Below, piece by piece: positions 28,000-44,832 of a stretch of DNA of 64,000 bases; within the stretch, counting starts at the first letter, position 1, and every line of letters starts with the position of its first letter. The notes beneath the pieces are model-generated. The model was given only the letters and a program-made list of their open reading frames with translations. It made no database searches and was not told the DNA's origin. The stretch comes from Eledone cirrhosa (Eukaryota): assembly GCA_964016885.1 (NCBI GenBank), contig OZ024740.1, positions 89,962,001-90,026,000 of the forward strand. Reading direction: 5' to 3'. Both the position numbers and the translations under genes were made by a program.

Positions 28000-29765
28000 A
28001 GATGCTTTCACTTCAATTTATTATAAATTAAATTTATAAATTTCCGGTTGGTTGGTTCCACAACCAGACGATTGTTCATATATTGTCAAAGTTATTTCGT
28101 CACACATGATGTGACCTTTTCAGTGACTGGGGATTATTTTCTTTGTTTTTGTGCCTCTCACTTGTTCTGTCCTATGCCATCTTGTTTTTGTGAGTGTTGT
28201 GTGCTTAGTTTGCGCATGTGTTACATCCGGGTGTCTGTGTGTGTTTATATTTGTTTATTTATTTGTTTATTTACATGTTACTGGTTGGTTGTTTGTTCTA
28301 TGTGTGTGTGTGTGTTTTCATTTTGTCCTTAATTGTAAGTTGTAATGTTGCTGTTCCATACATGTTTTCTATTTAATTTTGATTGGAGTCCATTTATGTT
28401 TATTGCCTCTGTGATTTGTCTAACCATTGCGTCTTTTCTGTGTGTAGATTATATTTGTATTTCTATGTTCTCTAATTTACCCTTATGTTCTATTTTAGCA
28501 TGTTGGTGAAGTACATATGATGCTTTACCCTCTTGAAACTCTCGCCAGTGTTCATTTATACTTTCTCCTACACTACGAGCTGTCTCACCTATGTACACTA
28601 TATTCTTATCTCTACATTGTCTTTCAGTACATCTTATGCTATATACTACATTTCTAGTTTTACAGTTAATATGGGGGCTTAGTTTACAGATTATACATTT
28701 CTTATCTATACAGGGAGGTCTTTGAAAAGGGTATGTATTGCTAATAAGTATTTTTTTAATGGAGGTACCTGGTCTTTCTACAATCTTAATATTGACTTTA
28801 TGTTTATCTAGGGCCCTTCTAAATTTGTAAGCTAATTCACCTGTAGGAGTTGCATCGATGAACATTACACTGGTATTTATTGCTATCATACCATTAGTTT
28901 ATTCTATTAGCCTTATTCTTAGTTCTATCTATTATATTCCAAAATTTGCTCCTATACAAGGGGCAGGTCCCATTTGTATAATTATTTACCATTTTTCCCA
29001 TTTGGTTCTGGCTCCTCTATATACTCTAATTTAATCTCTCTGATTGTAACCGGAGAACTGCATACGGTGGATGAATTGTTGTATGTGTCTCTATAGTCAT
29101 TTGGGGTTGCACATGCGGGACACGTTTCTCATCACTCGTACCAAATCCGCAATCAGTATGTTGATTTTGGTATGGTCCGAAACAGCTGAATTTCGGTGTA
29201 TCAGATATTTGGAAGTCATGGGATTGGCATAATGGGAATGGAGGATTTGCTTTTTGTTATTAATGGTATCTAAGCAGAGCTCTGTGTCTAATACAGGTAA
29301 TCGATGGTTGGGGTGTTTGCTTGGGTAATCTATAGTAACTCTAATACTCTAGTGGATGGAGTTATCTATTTGCTTGATGCTTTCCATGGTGTTTTTCTCT
29401 AATTCCTGACTGTTCTCTAGTGGGGGTGTTTTACCTACGATATATATATCATCAACGTAGCAGGAGTATATTATCAGAGTTAAGAGGCTGTTGTCTTCTA
29501 ATTGTTCTTTTAGTTTAAGTTTAAGTCTATTGTCCCACCATACCATGAATAGGTTTGCTATGTCACCTGCAATGCTAACACCAATCTTATACTAGCTCCC
29601 ACCGCATATGCAAACATTTTCTTTAGCTCATCGTGGTTAACGGGGGTCCGTATGGCTCTGGTCCTCCCATTCCATCTATCTGTGTGTGTGGGTTTTCTTG
29701 GGCATTGAGGTAATGGTAGGTGGTCTGCCGCTTGCTGGTATTGTAGAGCACAGGTTGCTAAGGTC
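28000..29765 (-). mobile_element. Penelope-like element (RT + GIY-YIG), second clade (Nematis/Poseidon-like, uncertain), decayed
   Basis: FMVWWD..YSCYVDDI, DYPSKHPNHRLPVLDTEL, VMFIDATP.GELA, C..C..CKTRNVVYSIRC..C..YIGETARS..H, then a 3' UTR. Confidence 0.9.
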
Positions 29766-29833
<68 letters not shown>

Positions 29834-29836
<3 letters not shown>

Positions 29837-30118
29837 TTAAAATAACAGATTACAGTTTAAAGTTTAAGCAAAGAATCGCTGCTTTCACCCTTAACGGGAT
29901 CTTCTGAAACTAACAAAGTCAATCTGTGAACGCACTGCGTTGACATATTGTCTTTGTTAGTTTCAGAAGATCCCGTTAAGGGTGAAAGCAGCGATTCTTT
30001 GCTTAAACTTTAATCTGTTATTTTAATAAATATTTGCTCTACGGTTCTTATATATTTGATATATATTTTCCTTATCGAGCCCTCTTTCGATTTTAGTCTT
30101 CAAATTTATTCTTATTAC

Positions 30119-30120
<2 letters not shown>
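29834..30120. repeat. Family X fold-back palindrome centred at 29935
   Basis: 62-bp perfect arms (29857-29918 / 29952-30013), 1-nt loop, 3 mismatches near the tip. Confidence 0.92.
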
Positions 30121-30171
<51 letters not shown>

Positions 30172-30175
30172 GTAT

Positions 30176-33220
<3,045 letters not shown>

Positions 33221-33221
33221 T

Positions 33222-33585
<364 letters not shown>

Positions 33586-33616
33586 TATATATATATATAT
33601 ATATATATAGACCCGA

Positions 33617-33680
33617 TGCCTGAACTGTTGCCGTTTCCACAGCTAATTACAAACAGTGGACTAGCTATCTGGTCAGGGCC
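33617..33680 (-). ncRNA. Degenerate hammerhead-like motif
   Basis: Minus strand: CTGACCA-gATAGCTAGT..ATTAGCTGTg-GAAA-CGGCAACAG-TT. G8 is mutated. Confidence 0.35.
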
Positions 33681-35533
33681 GTGGATTTAGGTGATTGACT
33701 TGTGGGTAATATAATAAGCTGTCCATATGGATAAAGGTATATTATATGTTGTGTAGAATAGTTTAGAATAAATTGATAAAATTTAAAAAATAACTTTCAT
33801 ATATATGTTTTTTTACTTGTGTAAATGGGTGTGAGGGTGAGTGATTGCAAGTGTGTTTATTTGTGAGTGCGTATGTATTTCTGTATGTTTCCTAACTTTT
33901 GTGGTCATGGATGTGGAAAACTGTCATATTATGAAGAATTGTCATGGGAAAATGTAAGGAAATGTTTCTATCATCTTGGTGGTGTGATGCATATGTGTGT
34001 GCTTGTATGCGAGGTGTTTGCCATCTCTGGGGTCGGAGGTGTTACACGAAGTATGAACAACCACAACGTTTAAAAGCATTAACGGAAATGCCCCTATTTC
34101 AAATTGGAGGTTTTACCAGATCCAATATAAATAACGATTGATTGTAAAGAACCTCAACCGCCAGTGAAGTCATTCTTCTTTCTTTTTTATTTAAAAAAAC
34201 AAAAGTGTGCACTCTTCCCTAATCGTTGCTAAACATATTGATGATGTGGCAGGTAACATACAACCACATGGACCGGTTTTTTTATTGTTTGCATCGGGCT
34301 GGCCGAAACATTCTAGCATTACAAGCTTCAAACTGGCCATTCCCTTTTATGTCGTAAGATTAAACTCTAACGCTACTCGCTCATTGAGTACTAGGATCAC
34401 TCCGGAGTGGTTGTTGGCCTTACATATATATTCCATGTAGTTGCATTATAATTCAAGCTTAAATATATATAAATAAACATCCATCATATACACACCGAAT
34501 TTTGGAACTGATCTGAAATGCATGCCAGAACGTGAACGGCTTTTTGAATAATATCGTAGTAATGAAATATCGTGACATGGAATCAGGCGAGAATACAAAT
34601 GTGTCATGTATAAGAAACTTTCTTCTGAACACGTTTTCTATGTCATTGGTGGTTATGCTATTGTTATTCTCAGAAGTTTTTTGTATGCAAATAACTTACT
34701 GACAATTTCTTCTGGCACTACATGTCTACATATGGAAAAAAATATTGTCCACACAGTGTGTCATTTACAGATATGTTAAATTTTTCAGTAACTGACCACA
34801 GATATTCAAATCAAATAATTGACATGAACATTATTTTACAATATATGAAATCAAACAATATAATAAAGAAAATGTGTATACTGAAGAAATTATAAAACTA
34901 AATTCTCGACATGCATCTAATTAATTTTACTTTCCTCCTATATTTATCATGGTAACTTCAGCGGTATCACTAGAATATTTATTATGTAAGAAGTTTTTCA
35001 GAACAAAGAATCAAACAAACACGTAATAAGTCTTCTGCTGAACTATGTTAGACTCGGGATTATGAGTTATTGGAAACGAAGAAGCCAATTTATCCATTAT
35101 ATAACGGACATTACTTCATCCGGTCGCTTTGGGTTTCCACTTTTGCACCATTACGTTGACAGAATTATTGAATATATTGTCAAATATGGTTTGATTTTAA
35201 ATCGAAAAACTATATAGAGATGGGTTCGGAATTTATATCTCATCTGTGAATTATTTGGAGTTTGAAAGTAGAAACTGCGACAAAAATAAAAGGTTTTATG
35301 ATTATATTTTTTACGATATCACTTCCCAAAGAAAAAAAAAACATTCGAAAGCATTGGTATCTGTATGTCACCAGTGAATTGCGTCGGTTTTTGAAGTATA
35401 TAAAATCGTTTTATGAATATTTTCCCTATTATTTCCAAAACAATAAACACAAGAATATATATATAATGGTGGAACAGATCTCATCAAGTCAGGGGATGAA
35501 AGAAATACTTATCTGTAGAGTTTTTAAACTTAC

Positions 35534-35668
35534 GGAATTCTCTTTTAGCTTGATGTTTTTGGTGGGTTTTGAAAAAAACCTACGAATGTTTCGGCGAGTG
35601 TTTAGTTTATTATCAGAGATTTCAATTTCTTCTGTTATGCTAGTTCGATTTGTTGTAGTGGACAAGTG
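35534..35668 (-). CDS. Candidate isolated internal exon (135 nt, phase 0-0), unknown protein
   Basis: Pyrimidine tract + ttag acceptor, open frame HLSTTTNRTSITEEIEISDNKLNTRRNIRRFFSKPTKNIKLKENS, GTAAGT donor, in non-repetitive DNA. No homology recognised. Confidence 0.3.
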
Positions 35669-36462
35669 CTAAGGTCTGAAATTAAAAAGAATATTTTTAA
35701 AGAATACGTGGTGAAGTTTATTTCTCTGTATCTTCATATTGTGCGACAAAACTTTCCCGGCTATAAACAATCATATTATCATGTCTACGAATTGACAAAT
35801 TTTGGTATATAATGTTCCATATACATTTGTTGACATCATTCTCATTATATGGCCAAACGAAATATTTTTTTAATTTTGAAGATGTTAAAATAAATGTTTA
35901 ATTAGTACTAACAATGAAATAATATGAGACGGAGTGAGGCAATTTAAAAAAAAATAATTTTCTATAGATTTTTATCATATTTCAATATTTGACAGAATAT
36001 TTAAAACTATATTATTATTAATAATACATATTCAAATTGCTACAGAATATTTTTGCTTGAGGCATCTATACAATAACACGTACATAATATAGAAATAGAA
36101 CCTGCCTACGTCGAAGAAAAGTAATGTTTTATAATGTGTGCAGTCATACAAAATGGCATTAAACAGCTTGGATATTTACAACTATATGTAGCCACAAAGA
36201 TAAATATTTGATCCTAAAAGTCAGTTCCCTCATATAATATTTATTAATATAGTCGCCTCATGCATAACAATAATTTCATAGACTGTATGGCATTCTGCGA
36301 CGAAAGTTTTTTTAGTTAATTTTCAGGGCCAAAATAACAAAAAAATAAGCACATTTCACGCCACACAATATTAAATAACATTTGCCACATACACATACAC
36401 ATACACACACACGCACATACACGCACCCCCCCACACACACACACTCACACACACATACACAC

Positions 36463-36529
<67 letters not shown>

Positions 36530-36843
36530 GTTGATCGATTGGTTATTGATTAGCCGATAACCGCTGATGAAGCCGCATAAGCCGATTGTGCATTGTTGCA
36601 TAATATATGAAGACAGATGGTGCAGTGCACCTTACTTCTGCATTAGTGCTGCAGAAACTCGAGTTCGGGAACCTTATATGCAACCGTTTACGTGTGTTGT
36701 GTTGAGGCAAATAACTATGTGTATACTCTGGTAATGTATCTTACATTGCCCATTGAGTGCGCTGATATACAACCGGTACTGTCATTAATAAATATGCTGG
36801 GTCCGTCAACCTTATTATTATTATATATATATACATATATATG

Positions 36844-37616
36844 TACGAGGGCAATCCCAAAAGTAAGGTCTCCAAAGCGATGGGGACGCAGAGAAACTGT
36901 TGGTACGTCTGTTGGCAACACTGTTGTGATTGGTGCTTCCTTCACTCCCAAACAAACATGCGCGTGCTTCGCTGAGATGCTCAATCTTGACTTGGCAGCC
37001 GTTGAGAAGGGAGCTCCCGTTGAACGATACGGCCAAGTGCGATGTTCGCGCAGTTATACGGTTTTTGACCGAAAAAGGCGTTGAACCTAGAGACCGTCAA
37101 TTTCCGACGAGACAGTCGCAATGTTTCCGTTAAAATCCTCTGGATGGTGCTTCGGGAAACCTCAGGAACCAAAATGCAGAGAGCATCCAGAGTGAACCGC
37201 CGATCCCTACGCATGTGTTACTCAGCCTTTGCGACTGTCTCGTCTGAAATAGACGGTCACCCGCTCATTTGTTCGTCGTGCATATCAGTACAACCGGCTG
37301 TAAACTATCTACACCACTTGCGAACGCATTTGACATCCATGCACGACTGTCCATACACTTCCGTCAATTGGCGATGAATTTCAATCGGTTCAACGCCTTT
37401 TGCGTTCAGAAACCGAATAACTGCGCGAACTTCGCACTTGGCGGTAGCTCCATTCTCAAAGGCTGCCAAGTCAAAATTGAGCACTCCACGAAGCGCGCGC
37501 ATGCTTATTTGGGAGTGAAGGAAGCACCAATCACAACAGTGCTGCCAACAGCCGTACGAACAGTTTATCTGCGTCCCTATCGCTTTGGAGATCTTACTTT
37601 GGGGATTACCCTCCTA
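36844..37616 (-). mobile_element. Mariner-family fold-back derivative (two 5' ends), TA-flanked
   Basis: Termini TACGAGGG../..CCCTCCTA and ~260-bp inverted arms. Minus strand encodes the transposase N-terminal HTH (EVRAVIRFLNAKG..IEIHRQLTEVYG..VRKWCR..DRRFT..STIQRILTE). Confidence 0.9.
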
Positions 37617-37639
37617 TATGTGTGTGTGTATACACACAA

Positions 37640-37712
<73 letters not shown>

Positions 37713-38857
37713 CATATATATGTGTGGGACTGTATGTGTGTTTATCTGTTTGCCTGCCTGTGTATGTGTCCGTGTATGTACCTGTATCTGTGTGTTTTGT
37801 GGGTGGGTATGTTAGTGATTGTAATGGAATGTCATAAGTCAATAAATCTGAAAGTTATTATCAAATCATTTAATTACTTCCTCTACATTATTTTTTTTCA
37901 CAACCATTGTTAATATAATTGCCATCATTCATACTAGTGTATTGGTGCTTGAGACGAGTTCACTATTTTTCATTCCCGATTTAATCTCCAAGAATAAGCG
38001 AAATAATTATGTGATGTCAGAATTAACACTGTCAAGGATTTAGACGTCAGATAAAACATACATATAGATAATTACTATTTTCATTGAAAGCTAAAATCTA
38101 AGCCGCTATATATTAACAGACATTCTATATCCCTACATACAATACCACCATATTTCCACAGCAATATTTGATGGAAGGAATAAATCATTTGTGTGCGCAG
38201 CACACTATTATAATAATACCTTGAATAAAAGCCGATAGAAAAGAAACTTAGAATACATAACACGCTTATTTTCATTCGGTCTACATCTGAACGTAAGTGG
38301 AGGAATACAGATCCAATACGTGGGGTGGGGGCTCACCACCAGGTACACAACACAGGAGTGTGTTCCGTTAATTGAATAAAGGTTAGTTACACTTTTAAAG
38401 GGAAAAATATACCTAGATGATTACCGCAATGAAGATAATAGAGTAGATATTTTGCAACAAGGAAACATTGCCACAGGAATGCAAAACTATACCAAATGTA
38501 CTTTATATTTCTACTCAAAATGCAATATCGAGCGAGAATACTGATGGAAATTATCGGGTAAACAGAAAATATATCTATACATTTAGAAGCTATAGGGTTA
38601 TTTATAAAGAGCATATCCCCATATTCTGAAATAATCATTATCATTATAAACCAAATACTATTCGATTCCATTAAACCAATGCATATTGAACTACTATATT
38701 GAAAACATTACGCAATAGTGTAGCATATCTTTGAACATAAGAAGATGAAAAGCAGAGCAGTTTTTTTTAGTTTCTCGAATAAAAAAAATACGTCCCTATT
38801 AACATAATTGTATGACGTTTTTGTATTAAAGTTTTCCTTTGAAACTATATTCTACTT

Positions 38858-39510
38858 AGGTAGTAACATGTGCTTACGCCGAATTTGACTAAAGAGAATT
38901 AGTCTGTTAGTTGGGATTTAAAACAAAAACAATCTCAGTATTGACGTACAAGGGACACGAAGCTACATCTTTGGTTTGCCGCACCAATATGGTAGCACTA
39001 CACCAACATGCCACCCATGCGCCTCACCCCCTCATTTAATTAGAAGCTATATAAGCATAGCAGTTATGTATACGTATATAAATAGGGGGACACAAAGCAG
39101 CCTTTGTTCAGAAACGGCTAGTGAGTTTGGAAATTAGGTAGTAACATGAGCTTACACCGTATTTGACTAAAGATAATTAGTCTCTTAGGTGGGATTTTAA
39201 AGAACCCTCTTATTAAAAAAAGAATGAATATTGACGTACGTGGGACACGAAGCCACGTATTTGATTGGCCGGACCAATGTGTTACAGTTATACCAATATG
39301 GCAGCCTAAAGATGTGGGTTTGTGTCCTATGTACGTCAATACTCACCTTTTTTTTTAGTCAGAGTGTTCTTTAAAATGCCAACTAAATTACTAGTAGTCA
39401 AATACGGCGTAAGCACATGTTACTACCTAATTTTCAATTCGGTAGCCGTTTCTAAACAAAGCCTGCTTTGTGTGTCCCTATTTATATACATATATTTTAA
39501 TTATAAGCAG
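38858..39510. repeat. ~278-bp unit: two direct copies plus one inverted copy
   Basis: aggtagtaacatg.gcttac.ccg.atttgacta at 38858 and 39136; reverse complement at ~39396-39429. Shared tattgacgtac..gggacacgaagc. Confidence 0.85.
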
Positions 39511-40234
39511 ATCAGTTCTGGAAGTAAAACGTTTTTGTAAACAAGAAATAATGGTTGAAATAGTTGTCCTCTTATTCACTTAAATGGGTTCCGATTTAAA
39601 TCAGAACGTAGATTTACATGTTTGGAAAAAAAAAAAAAAAAAAATACTACTCCAAATAAATCAAACTTTACGTAGTGTTATGTAATAATGACATTGGTGA
39701 AGTCCATGCATTGAAGCTGATGGGTAATTAGTATTTGGAATTGACTTTTGATTACAGATTATGGGTCTTTGAAGGAATGACAAGTAATATACATACTTTT
39801 CTCTCCCTGTTGTTTTGTATGGAACTTATTTTTAGTCTCAAATTTATCTGAATTGTGTTTTTCAATTATAGGTGGGAAATGATTTGCTTAACTTGGTAAC
39901 CCCATTTGTTTGTAGATTATCTAATTAAACAAATGCTTACTGCGAAATGAAAACATGACAGATGAGCTTTCTCTGTCAGCACATGCCATCTTTATTGTAA
40001 TTATATTTCACATAGTGATGTTCAATATTGGTCACTTGGAAAAGCTGCAATAACCTATGATTCTCTTTCAGCGGTTGACTACAACATAGAAGTACATATG
40101 TATTAATTAATTAATAAAAAAAAAAAAGAAAACAAATATGCTCATCGTTAAACTGACGTACTCTATCGCAGTAATAGACACACAGGTACATACAGAAATA
40201 CATACAGAATCTAACACACAACAATATAATGATA

Positions 40235-40445
40235 TATATTGGTTTCTGATTCAGGCACAAGGCCCACAATTTTGGGGGAGGGGAAAATTGATTAAATCGC
40301 CGCCAGTGCATTATTGGTATTTTATCGAACCCGTAAGGATGAAAGGCAAAGGTAACCTCGGCAGGATTTGAGCTCAGATCGCAAAGGTACATAACCATAT
40401 TCCATAAAGCATGTTGTCCGACGCTCTACCTATACTACTAATTCA
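40235..40445 (-). mobile_element. SINE family A
   Basis: ggcacaaggcc..ccagtgcattattggtattttatcgaacccgtaaggatgaaaggcaaagg..cctcggcaggatttgagctcag. Confidence 0.85.
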
Positions 40446-41315
40446 CTGTACTTATATATTTATATACTTTACAAGGATTTACTGCCATAAGTTTGAGGAG
40501 TTCTATTTCGAGAACGAATGCGAAAACAATTCTATTTAGTTTAGATTGGTTCAAATCTTCTTCTACGTGAATGTGATTATACTTTGACTGTCAGACAGGA
40601 TAATCTAGAAAGACGGAAACGGTTTGATGTAACCATGGACAAAAAAGGGTGTTTAGGTATTAATAGTGTGCAGGAGAATGTTGTTTGTATATATGATCAA
40701 TGGTATCTTTGTTATATTTATTTGCTGTTACCTGATACGACGTTAAACATTAATACCCGTTTATGGCTAGGACAGTGTTTTCATTTATTTTAGTCCTCAG
40801 TCATACCCCAAAACAATGTGTCTGAACAAATGTTGCTTACAATGAGTCAACAATATAAAAATATGATTCTTTTCATATAAAACCTTATATATCTGTTTTA
40901 GTGAATGTGTGTGTTGTTTTGTAATTGTATGGGTTTTGTGCATGTCTGTTGTCTGCGTAATCTGCGAGTAATATATGGTGTTTAGTATATAATAAAATTG
41001 CTATGGATTTGGAAATATATAAAGATAATTTCTCCAGGTATATCTGATATATTGTATATGGATAGTGTCTTAGCACTATCTTTATATATATCATAAAGTT
41101 TTATAGAGAGGTATGTGTCATACCGTGTTGTTAGTTGTAATATTTAGGTAAATTTGACTCTAACGTTGTACGTGACGTTGTGAGGGTTTTATGTATGTCT
41201 CGGACTAAAATGTGCAAAGAACCTAAAGTGTAATATTGGTATAAATCATGCGAAAGATAGTGGTCACTGAATGAGCATTTAATAAATATAATTCCTGAAT
41301 CGGGCGATACGTTAT

Positions 41316-43098
41316 GTCTTTGAGCAAGACACTTTATTTCAAGCTGCTCCTTCTACCTGGAGTTTCGAACGATAGATAGTATTAGCAATTTGAAAAAAGC
41401 AATGAAAACATTGTTTCTTCAATTTGACTAACGCCTATTGACTGTCTATAATGGGCAGTAGATATATTATATAAATATCTCCTCTCACCTCAACCTCGTA
41501 TACTTTTGATAAATTGTTTACTTAAAGAAAATTAATATTTATTGATATATAATTTAATCAGTCAAACAAATATTACTCATGAAATAACACGCTGTTATTC
41601 ACATGTTTATGACAACATTTATAGGAGTGGATTATCTCATAAAATATTTGGTGTCGATATAAAAGTTAATGTTTGATTACGAAAATAATATTATTAATAT
41701 ATGGGGAATTATTGTCGTTCCTTTAGATATAACTTAATTATTACTGAAAACAAAATTGTAGTGATACAATGCTCAATATTAATTACATTTTTCTGTAGTT
41801 ATCATTGAAATCTGTATTACGAAATAACTTATTTTATCTATGTGCGATGACGATTTCCTAATTCCAAATCTGCCAAACGTGTAATAAAATATTTTAACAG
41901 TGCTAATCTAAAAATAAAGTCGAAGATGGGAAAGACACCGTAATAAACCAGGCACCGTTGTTTTAAGTTAGACTCGATATGTTTGAAAATGGACCAGGGC
42001 TTGATGTTGTCCCAGCTACGTTATTGTATGCCGGCGTAACGGTACACTCGGTACGCTCTCATTGGGACACCTGCTCCGCCTTGACCATGCACATGCTGTT
42101 AAATAGGAATTGCGAACTCGTTAAATCATGTAGACAGAAAGTATATAAAGCTAAATTCAACCATGAGCTCTTGTACCACCCTTGGATAAAACGATAATTA
42201 ATATTTATCGTTTTATCCAAGGGTGGTACAAGATCTCATGGTTGAATTTAGCTTTATATACTTTCTGTCTACATGATTTAACGAGTTCGCACTTCCTATT
42301 TAACAGCATGTGCATGGTCAAGGCGGAGCAGATGTCCCAAAGAGAGCTTACCGAGTGTACCGTTACGCCGGCATACAATAACGTAGCTGGGACAACATCA
42401 AGCCCTGGTCCATTTTCAGGCATATCGAGTCTAACTTAAAACGACGGTGCCTGGCTTATTACGGTGTCTTTCCCATCTTCGACTTTATTTTTAGATTAGC
42501 ACTGTTAAAATATTTCATTACACATTTGGTAGATTTGGAATTAGGAAATCGTCATCGCACATAGATAAAATAAGTTATTTCGTAATACAGCCATCTGATT
42601 TCAATGATAACTACAGACAAATGTAATTAATATTCAGCATTGTATCATCACTACATTTTTTTCTTCAGTAATAATTAAATTATATCTAAAGGAACGACAA
42701 TAATTCCCCATATATTAATAATATTATTTTCGTAATCAAACATTACCTTTTATATCGACACCAAATATTTTATGAGATAATCCACTCCTATAAATGTTGT
42801 GTCATAAACATGTGAATAACAGCGTGTTATTTCATGAGTAATATTTGTTTGACTGATTAAATTATAAATCAATAAATAGTAATTTTCTTTAAGTAAACAC
42901 TTTATCAAAAGTATACGGGGGTGAGGCGAGAGGAGATATTTATATAATATATCTACTGCCCATTATAGACAGTCAATCAGCTTTCGTCAAATTGAAGAAA
43001 CAATGTTTTCATTGTTTTTTTCAAATTGCTAATACTATCTATCGTTCGCAACTCCAGGTAGAAGGAGCAGCTTGAAATAAAGTGTCTTGCTCAAAGAC
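41316..43098. repeat. ~1.8-kb palindrome (arms 41316-42197 / 42205-43098, 7-nt spacer)
   Basis: Arms are reverse-complementary with scattered substitutions and small indels; mirror ORFs 41979-42197 and 42205-42423; outer ends lie in SINE-B remnants. Confidence 0.95.
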
Positions 43099-43150
43099 TG
43101 ACGATTGCGAATCAAATTCTCTTACCATTCAGCCACGCACCGTCACTGCG

Positions 43151-43332
43151 CGGCAGTATCGGTAAAGGGACGGTCGCCATGATTTGCAGCACCGAGTTAT
43201 GGCCCGTTGCATTCTGAGTTCAAATCCAACTGAGGTTACCATTACCTTTCATCCTTGTGGTGTTGATAAAATAAAGTAAAAGTAATGCACTGGGTAATTG
43301 GTGCCCTTGTGCCAAAAGTAGAAACAATTATA
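43151..43332 (+). mobile_element. SINE family A
   Basis: ggcagtatcggta..ctgagttcaaatcc..cctttcatcctt..gataaaataaagta..gccaaaagtagaaacaatta. Confidence 0.85.
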
Positions 43333-44757
43333 TAAAAGCCTATTCCGGATGTTCAAAAGAGCAGCCTCAGGGTGTACACATTTATATTTCATAATGTGCT
43401 AATTGAATAATTAATATTAAAATATGAAACATATAGTTACAACATGTACGGAGAGCTATTAAAAAGTATTTATTAAGAAGAACCGGTAGAGATAGTAGCG
43501 ATCTTTTATAGATATGTGGTATGAATATCTTTATCGTTAGTTTGGTTAACACATGGAAACAGCATTTTTGCTCGAGGCTAATCAAGCCATCATATCAACA
43601 TTCGAAGATGACTTTATCTCTTATAATGAGAAAGATCATAAACTATACATGAATGTACTCATTTAAATGATTTTGCGAAGTTTGATGCGTAGTACATAAT
43701 AGATTTCAAAATATTAATTAAAGCTTTATATTGAATTATGAAAGGTCTTCGAGATTTTCATAAATTTAACAATATATATGGATGTATACGTGAACTTCGG
43801 TAACATAAATTCAGAAACCTATTCGCAATAAAAGTGAATAGTCAATATCGATAACAGGCAATTAAGCACTGCCATCATATTATGATTGATTGCTAAACTA
43901 GAGATTTAAATCATTGATATATATGGCTTTATACATAGTATATCGATGTGATAATTCATTGAAGATATGGAAATAATTAGCGCATTTATTCGTATCAAGA
44001 AGAGAGAGGAACAGTCTATTACTGATACTAAGGCTTGCATTATATATCGTTTCTGATTTAGATATACGTATATTTCCAATCTATTTCACTGCATCGATAT
44101 ACCTGTGTAACCGCTAATTTTTGTCGTAACTGAATAAATCCAAACCCAGAAATATAAACGCACAAACATGCATGTACATGTATACAAATGTACACACATA
44201 TATACATACACATGTATAGATATGCATACAGTGTTTGAGCCAAGGAGGACATTAGGCTTTACCATGATTGTTGGGCGCTACATATGGAGGCCCACATGTA
44301 TACTTCAAAGGAGATAAGCGACTGAATCATATAAAGTATGTAATTTCCCCAGCCTAATGTTGGATAATCATTTGGATATATTTTACACACACATCTACAC
44401 ACACACACCCACATCCATACCACACACCAATATATATATATATATATATATATATACTATAGAGTAAAGCATGTCCAGAGAATTATTTGATAATATATAT
44501 ACATCATCTCTACTCCCAATCAGCATAATTAACCACACAAAAAATCAATTAGACCAGGCTATAAGAATAAAAGGCACCTATGAAGGAACAGTAAATAAAT
44601 ACGCCACACCAGCGTCTTCGCATCCAACCGCTATATAATATTTACCCAACATTTCAACAGCACGTGGAAACTAATTAAATATACGGTCAACCATACATAA
44701 TTAGGTAAAAATTAAAGTTATAAATTCTTATATAGATACCAGGATTTAATCACTAAA

Positions 44758-44832
44758 TCCCAACCCATGTGTTTCGCTCACATTTTGAGATATCTTATTA
44801 AGGATATCCTGAGTTTCGAGCTCATCAGGGGA
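44758..44832 (-). ncRNA. Type I hammerhead ribozyme in a (TA)n-flanked non-coding module (~44460-45135)
   Basis: Minus strand: TCCC-CTGATGA-GCTC..gatatc..gatatc..GAGC-GAAA-CACATGGG-TT-GGGA. Confidence 0.75.

Noticed and set aside
41979-42423. Mirror 72-aa ORFs as a gene pair
   Set aside because: A consequence of the palindrome; no recognisable domain or splice support.
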